From: Somniosus microcephalus
Lineage: Eukaryota
DNA: 64,000 nucleotides
Reading direction: 5' to 3'
Assembly (NCBI GenBank): GCA_052327205.1
Contig: CM126223.1
Coordinates: forward strand, 51,336,001 to 51,400,000
Positions 52,286 to 62,822 of this stretch are shown piece after piece. The notes below the pieces were generated by a model. The model worked only from the letters and a program-made list of their open reading frames with translations. It ran no database searches and was not told where the DNA came from. The translations under genes were made by a program, and so were the position numbers. The first letter of the stretch is position 1. Each line of letters begins with the position of its first letter.

Positions 52286-52761
52286 GGAATCATAAAATAG
52301 TACAGCACAGAGGCGACCATTCGGCCCACTGAGTCTGCACCGGCAGTGCCATTAGGAAAAGAAAATTAACAAAGGGGAGCAAACATTACAATAACATATT
52401 TTTATTTTTAAAAACTGGCTGTAACACTACACAACCATAAATCTTGAAAACAAGACTGTTCTAAACATCTACTCTAGATTAAATAACTAGTTATTACTAT
52501 TCTAAAATATACTGGCACTTCGGGAAACAATCTTTCTCCAAGCGAACAGTAGATCTTCAAAATATTATTCATTGATTTAGTCAGGACCTTGCGGCAAACC
52601 AATACAGGAAATAAAAACAAAAGCACCCACATCCCAACCAGAAGATCACAGGTTCAAGGGTCAGTTTAACTGCTTGCTTGAATCTGCCTTCTGCATTTGG
52701 TAATATTTTTCCACCAAACTGCAAGATGAAACACTAAACTGAGGAAATGTTCTCATATGTT

Positions 52762-52796
<35 letters not shown>

Positions 52797-54642
52797 AAGA
52801 GGTGAGAAGAACAGAACAGGAGGAAGAACTAATTTTGTTCTCACTCCATTTGATCATATCTCTTGCCAGACACGAACAAAAACTACAGCAGTCATGAAGT
52901 CTGCAGCTCAGATTATTCGTGCTATCTCAGTTAGAGGAAGAGTCACAGCAATGAGAGTTCCTCAAAAGGATTTGAAATGGGGGGGGGTGGGGGGGGGGGG
53001 CAGAAAAGAATGAAAATGGGATAAATTAAAAGCCAATTATACTTTTCTGGCTCAAACTGTACTGGTCACTTTCCACCGTAGCACTTGCTCCTAAAAATCT
53101 GAAATAGGGTGAAGTCCATTTTATTTTCCATGTTACATTTTCAAATTTTTACAACTCACCCACATTTTCCACTTAAAAAAATAAATAAAACGCTAAATAG
53201 CAGCAACACATGTAACTGTAATGAGTGTAACTATAATCATTTTTAGACGACAGCTGGGCAGCCATATTAAGAATCTGAGGTTTAAAAAAAAACTTTTTAA
53301 AAAATGTTAAAGATCATTTAAGACTCCCATATGACCAAAAGGACCAAAAGAAATGGCTCTGAAACTTTCCATTTCACCACCCCCTTCCCTTATATTCAAT
53401 CAATGTGAATAAAAGCAAACATACGATATGTGCAAGTTTTGTTAGCTTGGAGGAATGCACTGGCCAAATTTGTTCGATAGCAATCAACAAGCTTGCTTTC
53501 CAAATTAATTTTTTTTTTTTTTTTTAAAATATAAAACTGTTATGCATTTCTGCTGCCTTGCTCAAGAAAAAGGTGCCTGAAACATACACCTTCCAGGCTT
53601 CCACCCAATACATTTAGAAATATAATCCAAGTAAAGTGACCTTTGACAACTTCCTTTCACTTTGTGAATTAAAAAAAGATTTTCCATTCCACAGAAAAAA
53701 AAAGTTACACTCCCAGGGAAACAACCCCTCCGACACTGCATTAAAACTCTGAGGCACTTGAGTTTTTCCTCTCCTCAGCCGATTGGAGTTCTCATTTTGA
53801 AACTGGTTGCTTATTTCTTTTTATTTTGCATTTCTCTGGGGTTTTCAAACACACTTCCCCTTTACGACGCAGTTACTTACTCTCTTCGCCTCCGGGGGGG
53901 AGCAAAAAAATAGACTGCATTTTATATGCAGTCCTTCATTATAATCATCAATTACATTTTTTTTAAAAACTTAAAACGTCTGAGATAAAATGACAGCATT
54001 GGAGCCGAGCGTAGTTCTGATGTTTTTAAACGATATTTCACTCCCCATCTCCAGTTTCAATTGTTAAAATACCGTTTCGATTTTGACTGGAAAATGGCAA
54101 CTAAAATGACCACAGATTAAAAAAGATCATATATATATATATTTTTTTATAAAGTACAAAGCAGATATAGATTCGTATTTTTTTTTTTTTAAAAAGCGGC
54201 CTGCATTAAAAACTGACATGGCAAGAAGAAAAATAAGAGGCAAAGTAGCCTTTTATTTAAGGGTAGTTAGGAGTTTAGACGTTTTGCCTAAATTTTTTAA
54301 AATTTACAAACACTTCACCCTCTCAGATTTACTGGAATTTTCACCTCAAGACATTTACAAAAATACGTGTGCAAGTTACACATTTAATAAAAACAAATAA
54401 AAAAAAGGAAAGTGAATTTATTTTATTTTTAAAAAGTGGAAGTTTTAAAAAAAAATTAGTGTTGCTTGGATCTGGTTTGGAATTCTTCTGATTGTTTTGG
54501 AAATATAGCTATTTTATAAATGAGATGATAGGTATTTTTAAACACCCCCCCCTCCTCCTCACTCACACTCTCTCGCCACTACGCCTGAGTGAAAAGGCCG
54601 CGGTTTGAAAATGGCTGCGCGACGGCCGCTTCAATCACTCAC

Positions 54643-54717
54643 CAGAGAGAAGAGATTGGAATAGCAATCCTCCAAACTCGCCCCGTTCGCCACCCAGCAG
54701 CCGGACGAACTCATCAT
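54643..54717 (-). CDS. MED13: Mediator subunit 13 family gene (MED13/MED13L-like), coding exon 1
   Basis: The minus strand reads ATG ATG AGT TCG...TCT CTG|gtgagt = (M)MSSSGCWVANGASLEDCYSNLFSL, matching the family N-terminal motif NGASLEDCxxNLFxL. It has a canonical phase-0 donor at 54642 and lies in a CpG island. The start may be the ATG at 54717 or 54714. Paralog identity (MED13, MED13L or a third copy) is uncertain. Confidence 0.93.
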
Positions 54718-55104
54718 CACGATCCCTGCATCGTCGACGAAGATTTAACACGCACTTCGAAAAAAAATACACACAGAGAAAAAAAAAGTCCTCCCCACAG
54801 GAAAATTCCCTCAAATATTTTCTCCACATGAAAGCTGAGGTGTTTTAATTTAGTTGTCCTTTGGTTGCTTTTTTTTTCTCTTCTTTTAATTTCCCCCCTC
54901 CTCCTCCTCTCAGAGAGAGGAACGAGGTGAAGGCATCGGTCTCCTCGCTTCCATTCCCTTCCCTCCCACCCCCCCCTGCTTCCTCGCCTCTCCTCCGGCG
55001 GCTCGGGTTTGCGTTCAGTCCCTTTCCTTTAATGGGAGCCTCAGTCCCGGACTTAATGGCGGAGGCCCGTCACGTGACTGGGCCCGGCGGCCGCGCTCGC
55101 CGTC

Positions 55105-55399
55105 CGCCGCCACTGGGGGCGCCACGGAGCTGCGGGCCCAAATACACGCGCGCACTTCACTCCTCCCGCCACGGGGGGCGCGATGGAGCTGCGGAAAAAA
55201 TACAGGCGCGCACTTCCCTCCTCCCGCCACTGGGGGCGCGATGGAGCAAATACACGCACACTTTCCTCCTCCCGCCACTGGGGGCGCGATGGAGCTGGTC
55301 AAATACACGCACACTTCCCTCCTCCCGCCACTGGGGGCGCGATGGAGCGCAGGCCAAACACATGTACTTCTTGCCCGCGGCCACTTGGGGCGCTGAACC
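55105..55399. repeat. GC-rich minisatellite, ~50-58 bp unit, four full and two partial copies
   Basis: The unit AAATACACGCACACTTCCCTCCTCCCGCCACTGGGGGCGCGATGGAGC starts at 55140, 55198, 55248 and 55301, with degenerate copies at 55105 and 55356. Confidence 0.92.
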
Positions 55400-57284
55400 A
55401 AGGCAGGGGCAAATACAAACTCAAGTCATACAGTGTATTCATTTTTAATTATTTTCTTTAAATTGCTGTCTCCCACTTTAATAACGGAATTCCTGCATTG
55501 GAGTTCAGATACTTCCTCCCTTCAGAACTCAACTTTACCCACATTGCATTCACACACGCCAGATAAATCCACTGTGTAAAGTGCTTTGAAATGTTTCCAG
55601 GTGATAACTCCTTGTGTAAATACAAGAATATCTTTCTAACTCAAGAGCCGCTGACAGTAGGAATATGTTGGGAGAGATACAAGATTTACACAAATTGCAA
55701 ATCCATTAAGCAGATCAGGTTATAATTAAACCAAAAAAACCTGTTAATCAGATCTGCAACTATTAATGCATTTAAAGGGTTTTTTTATAAAACAGCCCAA
55801 TTTTATGTGTTAAAGAAATTAATTATTTTACAGCCTGACTCGCATAATTCTCCAATATTTTCCCAAACAGTGACACCACCATTTTTCTAATTTCTTCCAA
55901 TTTACTTCATAATTCTTCACCTTTTAAATGTACTTAACCTTCAGGAGGCATTTCTTTTATTTAAAAATAGATTTTTTGGGTGGAGGGAGAGAAGAGAAGA
56001 ACTTTTGTTATTTGTCACAATGACACACTGTCAATGTGACATATAAACATGGTATGCATTTGTAAACTAGTTCTTCAATGACATGGCCCAAAAGTGATGG
56101 CATGGCCCAAAAGTGTTTGTAAACAATGAGGAAAAGGTTGTGTGCCAAGGATCTCATGCAAACATTGACACACTGCACGGAACCCCTTGCAAATACTGAC
56201 TAGCTTCAAGGAAACTCCTATCCCAGCTTTAAAAAGACAGCATTAGTTAAGCAAAGGAAAAGTGCTATTACAGAGTCTGGGCGGCGCAGACACGATGGGC
56301 CGAAGGGCCTCTTTCTGTGCTGTAAAACTCTATGACTCTAGAACATTATTTCTCTATAAGTAAAAATGTTAAATCAACAAATATAGAAAAAAAACACATG
56401 TAGAGTGAAGAATTCTTGAGATACTGCACTCCCCATGGGCTACCCAAGAGAAATCTGATGAGCTCACAGACTCCTAATTCCCTGGGGTCCAAAGACCCAG
56501 TCAGAAAGCCTACACTTTAAATTCACAGTCAACAATTTGTTACCGTTTGCAATTTACACATAATTTTAAAAAAAAGTTACAACACTTTATGTACTGCCGG
56601 CTGGCTAAACATCAGTACAGACAATATAATCTAGATGAAAAAGTAATAAACTTCATAAGGACATAGGGCACAAAGAAATTGGATCCTGTAACAATAATGA
56701 TTGAGTTTTTATTTGCAGCTATGGATTACCAATAAAAAAAGGACTGTTCGGTATTATATAGAGGATGAACAGTGGGAAACTGAAATGTACATGAAAAGAG
56801 AGATTGCAGCACAAATATCATTCTTGCAGCCATTGTCCCATCATAAAGTAATTAGAGGTAGGGAGCGGGGCACTTAAAAAGCAGAGTCAAGTTCAGATGG
56901 AAGGGGAAAAACCTCCAAACAGTTAAATTTGCACTGACATTTTTAAAACTCACACAAGCCATCAAAAGTGGTTAGTGAAAAAACAAAATAAGGCAATTGA
57001 GATTTTTTATCTCTTACTACCTTTAAACATATCATAAATAATTGATTTTTAAAAGTCACAGCAGCAGTTATCTTGTTAATACACAAGCTGATAGATAGTA
57101 GCAACAGTTTTAATGATTAATTCATAACTAGAAAGTTAATTGGTTTCTTTCTATTTACAATGACAAGAGTGCTACACTAAATTAGAAGGATCATGCCAAG
57201 AGAAGTTGGCTAATTATTGTATGGAGCTTCATTATTCAAGCATGACTCGCATCAAACAAAATTATGTTTGAAATGTATATTAAA

Positions 57285-57520
57285 ACTAATCTCAGCTGGG
57301 GTGGCAGTGGGAATGCTACAATTGGCTTCAGCGCCCCTGGGGCTAGGGAGAAGAATAAACATGTGATCCCTGCTCCTTATTATCCAGTAATTACTGTGCA
57401 AAGTGCACTTGTGGGATCATCAGAAAAGGACAGGATCAGGCTCAGCTATGATGGCCCCCTGGTGACAATCGCTGTTCAGGCTCACCTGAAATAATTAGCC
57501 TTCGGGAGAGGAGGGGAGTG
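57285..57520 (+). mobile_element. Older unclassified SINE family copy (central part)
   Basis: The sequence CTAATCTCAGCTGGG...GCTACAATTGGCTTCAGCGCCCCTGGGGCTAGGGA...GGACAGGATCAGGCTCAGCTATGATG follows the family layout. Confidence 0.55.
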
Positions 57521-58368
57521 GATAAAATTGGTGACAAAAAAAAGTAAAGATGCTATTTGATTTCAGGATTCCCATCACAGTGGAGTTTCATGCTTTAAGA
57601 TTACTTCAGATGGGATATGGTTCATGCACTGTCAAAGAGATGCTTAAAGGCAAGAAGTAGATTTAAAATTAGGCTGAACATTCTCTCCTCTCCTCAAATT
57701 GTAAGCCACCAGCATGGAAAACCTAAAATACAGGAATAATGGAAGCTCTGCTTACCCACAATCCCCAACATTCAGAAAGTCCTCTATATCAGAATTGAAA
57801 GGAAACTGTCAAAGGAATGACATAAAATTTTACACTTCTGATGGTGGGAATTAGAGAGAAAAGATGGGCATGTTAAATACGGATCCTGTGAAAAGCTAAA
57901 ATGACTAGTGCTCTACCAATGTGCCCACAGTGAGCCTGCAATCTTGAATTCAGGCAGAAAGTGGAGCACAATCTGTGGAGCAGTTTCACTCCACAGTGGA
58001 ATATTGAACTCCTGTCAATGTGACTGATAGATATTAAAGACACAGCCAAGATTGCTCAGGGAAGAAAACAACATTTGTTTTTGTTTCTACCAAGAACCAG
58101 AGCCATAATCTGGGTTCAGTATATAAATCTGCAAGTGTGGTTTTTGTAGGGTTACCAAACATGCATTTTAGACCAGACAATCTGTGCTGTTCACACATTT
58201 CTAAATAGAAAAATGGACACTAGAAGTCTTTTTATCCCCAAATAAAAAACCAATTTTTCCTACTGCTTCTATTTTTTTTAATGATATGGAGACACGGAGG
58301 TTAAGGTTTTCAAAAAAGAAAAATCATCAGCAGAAAATTAACTTTCTGCCACCTCCCCCCCGCCCCCA

Positions 58369-58677
58369 ATAAGGACATAAGAAATAGGAGCAGGAGTCGG
58401 CCATTCAGCCCCTCGAGCCTGCTCCGCCATTCAATATGATCATGGCTGATCTAGCCTTGGCCTCAACTCCACTTTCCTGCTCCTGTAGCGCAAATATCTG
58501 TCTATCTCCACCTTGAATATGTTCACTGACTCAGCCTCCACAGCTCTCTGGGGTACAGATTTCCAAAGATTCACGGCCCTCAGAAGAAATTCCTGCTCAT
58601 CTCCATTATAAATGGGTGACCTCTTATTCTGAAACTGTGCCCCCTAGTTCTAGACTCCCCCACGAGGGGAAACATCC
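58369..58677 (-). mobile_element. CR1 3' end, second subfamily
   Basis: It encodes MFPLVGESRTRGHSFRIRG and has the same tail as 61246. Confidence 0.85.
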
Positions 58678-59010
58678 TGGATACATGGATGTAGCTGGCA
58701 TTAAGTGGAGGAAGAGGTAGAATTTTTATTTGGCTTCTGTTTAAAATGGCACTGGCTTGAAGCCTATCCTTGCAGTGCAAGTCATTAAAATTGGCACCAA
58801 TTTGGCATGTACAATTCAGCTCCATCCCAATTGCGAAAGCAATTCAATATTAACCAATACAACTTCTGCTGACAGAGATAAGGCATTGTATTCATATTTT
58901 CTGAATGTCTGCCCACTTTTCCGTTATCTCTGGTTCTGTTTTTGCGGTGTCTTTTAGCTTTCCCAACTTTTACTGCATCTTCCTGTTTCAGTCAGTGTCC
59001 AGTAAATGAA

Positions 59011-60850
59011 CATTACATAGGGTTACATAGGATATACAGCACAGAAACAGGCCATTGGCCCAACCAGTCCATGCTGGCGTTTATGCTCCACTCGAGCCTC
59101 CTCCCGTCTTTCCTCATCTAAATCTCCTCCCGTCTTTCCTCATCTAAATCTATCAATGAAACCCTCTACTCCCTTCTCCCTCATATGCTTGTCCAGTCTC
59201 CCCTTAAATGCATCTATACTATTCGCTTCAACCACTCCCTGTGGTAGCGAGTTCCACATTCTCACCACTCTTTGGGTAAAGAAGTTTCTTTTGAATTCCC
59301 TATTGGATTTCTTGGTGACTATCTTATATTGATGGCCTCTAGTTTTGCTCTTCCCCACAAGTGGAAACATTCTCTCAGTATCCACTCTATCAAAACCTTT
59401 CCTAAATTTAAAGACCTCTATTAAGTCACCCCTCAGCCTTCTTCCCACCCCCCAAGAGAAAAGAGACCCAGCCTGTTCATCCTTTCCTGATATGTATACC
59501 CTCACATTTCTGGTATCATCCTTGTAAATCTTCTCTGCACCTTTTCCAGTGCCTCTATATCCTTTTTATAATATGGTGACCAGAACTGTACGCAGTACTC
59601 CAAGTGTGGTCTAACCAAGGTTCGATACAGGTTTTGCATAACTTCCCTACTTTTCAATTCTATCCCTCTAGAAATAAACCCGAGTTTGCTTTTTTTTTGG
59701 CCTTGCTAACCTGTGGCACAACTTTTAGTGATTTGTGTATTTGTACTCTGTGATCCCTTTGTTCCTCTACCCCACCTAGACTCGCACCCTCCAAGTGATA
59801 ATGACCTCCCTATTCTTCCTACCAAAATGTAACACCTCACATTTATCTGTGTTGCACTTTATTTGCCAATTATTTGCCCATTCTGCAAGTTTATTAATGT
59901 CCTCCTGCAATTTGTTGCAGTCCTCTTCAGTATTGACTATCCCCCCCAATTTGGTATCATCTGCAAAATTAGAAATTGTGTTTTTGATTCCAATTCCAAA
60001 GTCTAAATTGTTAATGTAAATTGTGAACAGCAGTGGTCCCAGCACTGATCCTTGTGGAACACCACTACCCACCTTCTGCCACTGTGAATAACTACCCTTA
60101 ACTCCCACTCTCTGCTTTCTGTCTTGAAGTCAGCTAACAATCCATTCTACTACTTGTCCCCTGACTCCGCATTCTCGGACCTTATTCATCAGTCTATTAT
60201 GGGGTACCTTATCGAGGGCCATTTTGAAAATCTAGATAAATTACATCTACTGCATTACCATTGTCTACTCCCTCTATTACCTCTTCAAAAAATTAAATAA
60301 GTTTGGTCAAGCAAGATTTTCCCTTTTGAAATCCATGTTGACTATTCATTATTATACTTGTTTAGATGTTCTTCTATTTTCTCCTTTAGTAGGGATTCCA
60401 TTATTTTTCCCACCACCAATGTTAAGCTGACTGGTCTATAATTCCCTGAACATGTTCTTTCCCCCTTCTTAATATTGGTATTACGTTAGCTATCTGCTAG
60501 TCCACTGGCACTATACCTTTTTCTAATGAATTATTAAATATGTGTAGTAATGCCTCTGCTATCTCTTCCCTCGATTCTTTTAAAATGCAGGGATGCAATC
60601 CATCCGGACCAGGGGTTTTATCCTCCGAGTTTGATTAGTTTATTTAATATATCCCCTTTTAAAAAAATAATTAAATGGACTTATCTCATTACTCATCTCA
60701 TCATCCAATGTCATGGCCACCTGTTCTATCTCCCTGGTAAATATCAAAGCAAAATAATGATTTAATATTTCTGCCTTCTCCCTATTATTATGTGGTATTG
60801 TCCTGGCAATGCCTTAATGGCCCTATTCCCATCCCAACTTTTTTTTTATT
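59011..60850 (-). mobile_element. CR1 LINE, 5'-truncated ORF2 RT and 3' UTR
   Basis: ORFs 59776-60108 (GVPQGSVLGPLLF...FADDTKLGG) and 59140-59505 are a reverse-complement match to 8300-9680. A 26-bp tandem duplication lies at ~59098-59151. The right boundary is approximate. Confidence 0.93.
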
Positions 60851-61245
60851 AAGAACAAAGATGACAGGTATAAGGAGAATAGAAAATTTGCATTTTACAG
60901 TAAAATGCAAAAGAAAGACAACAGCTCTTCTGTTTAAATCAAAATGGGCAGCTGTATTACAGAAGTTTGCACTCCAACCTTTCTTTTTCCACCCTCCCAA
61001 CACCTCTCCCGCATCACTCTCGAAGACATACACCTGTAGCATTCCAATATAATGCCCAAATAGCCATTCTTTTCTTGTGAGCCTCAACAGCAAGTGTCAG
61101 CAGCCACTCCACTGTGATATTCATAACAAATGACCCCAATTCAAACTTCATTCAATATCTACTCTCACACCTTCAAGCAGGCGTCACTGGATAGTAATCA
61201 GAACACTAGCTGGTTTATTCTCTCACTCAGCCAAGGATTCTCACT

Positions 61246-61999
61246 TAGAACATAAGAATTAGGAGCAGGAGTCGGTCATTTGGCCCTTCGGGCCTGCTCA
61301 GTCATTCAATAAGATCATGGCTGATCTTCTAACTCATCTCCACTTTCCTGCACTATCACCATATCCCTTGATACCCTTAATATTCAAAAATCTAGCGATC
61401 TCTGTTTTGAATATACTCAATGACTGAGCTTCCACAGCCCTCTGGGGTAGAGAATTCCAAAGATTCACCGCCCTCAGAAGAAATTTCTCCTCATCTCAGT
61501 CCTAAATGGCCGACCCCTTATTCTGAGACTGTGACCCCTGGTTCTAGGCTCCCCAGCCAGGGGAAACATCCTCCCTGCATCTACCCTGTCAAGCCCTGTA
61601 AGAATTTTGTATGTTTCAATAAGATCACCTCTCATTTTTCTAAACTCCAGAGAATATAGGCCTAGTCTACTCAATCTCTCCTCATAGGATAATGTCCCCC
61701 TCTGGTGAACCTTTGTTGCACTCCCTCTATGGCAAGTATATCCTTCCTTAGGTAAAGAGACCAAAACTGTACACAATACTCTAGGTGTGGTCTCACCAGG
61801 GCCCTATATAATTGCAGGAAGATGTCTTTACTCTTATACTCAAATCCTCTTGTAATAAAGGCCAACATACCATTTGCTTTCCAAATTGCTTGCTGTACCT
61901 GCATGTTAACTTTCAGTAATTCGTGTACAAGGACGCCCAGGTCCCTCTGAACACCAACATTTCCCAATCTCTCACCATTTAAAAAATACTCTGCTTTTC
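61246..61999 (-). mobile_element. CR1 LINE 3' fragment, second subfamily
   Basis: It encodes QRDLGVLVH...[13 protein letters not shown] and RMRGDLIETYKIL-like motifs, with tail ...CTCCTGCTCCTAATTCTTATGTTCT on the minus strand. Confidence 0.92.
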
Positions 62000-62415
62000 A
62001 CTTATACTACTTCCTCACTTGTATTTATGAAAGTAATTTTCGCTTCAGTTTTACCTCCCTTTTCTCCTCTTTAGTTCCGACCGCACATCACTTCCCTGTT
62101 GACTGGTAGTTAACCTGTCCCAATGTCATTCTATAAACATCCTGCGGCTAATGACGCTCCTGCTTCCCTTTACAGAACCCAAAGGGCTCAGACAAGATAA
62201 GAAACTCATGTAAAATTTGTTCACAACCCATTAGCTACTTAATTGTAAAAGTCATTAGTATGTCTCTACTCCAGACCTATACCAGTTGTTGTTGATTCCC
62301 TCCGTTTTCGTCATCCCTATAAAAGGGCCAAGTGTCTGACCTACAACAGTTCTGATGAAGGGCACCCACCCAAATCCTTAACCCATCTTTTCTTTCAGAT
62401 GCTGTGGCATCAGTT

Positions 62416-62822
62416 TAGGAACAGGAGGCAGCCATTCAGCACCTTGAGCCTGCTCAGTCAGTCATTCAATCATTTGATCATTGCTGAATTGTACCTCAAC
62501 TCCATTTACCCACCTTAGCTCCACATCCCTTCCACATCCCTTATCTAGCAAAAATCTATCGGTCTTGAACGCTCCAATTGTCCCAGCATTCACAGCCTTT
62601 TGGGGGGGGAGAAGAATTCCAGATTTCTACTACCCGTGTGGAAAAAGTGCTTCCTGATTTCCTTCTGAAAATGGCCAATTTTAAAATCGTGTCCCCTCGT
62701 TCTTGATTTTCCACCAGAATAAATGGTTTCCTTGTATCTACCCTATCGAATCCTTTTAACATATTAAACACCTTGATCAGATCACCCCTCAATCTTCTAT
62801 ACTCAAGGAAATACAAGCCCAG
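62416..62822 (-). mobile_element. Degraded CR1 3' end
   Basis: It encodes RRLRGDLIKVFNMLKGFDRVD, with tail GGAACAGGAGGCAGCCATTCAGC on the plus strand. Confidence 0.8.

Larger units (their letters stand above)
54560..55400 (-). promoter_or_regulatory. CpG-island promoter / 5' leader of the MED13-family gene
   Basis: GC and CpG content rise sharply around and upstream of exon 1. There is a palindromic E-box GTCACGTGAC at 55069-55078 and YY1-like AAAATGGCTGC (54608-54618) and TAATGGCGG (~55054-55062). The TSS cannot be determined. Confidence 0.85.

Noticed and set aside
55105-55399. CRISPR-like repeat-spacer appearance
   Set aside because: The units are contiguous tandem repeats with only a few variable bases and no unique spacers, the context is eukaryotic, and there are no cas genes.
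54861-55461. Several 68-195 aa ORFs on both strands
   Set aside because: They are by-products of the GC-rich island and minisatellite, with repetitive peptides and no recognisable domain.
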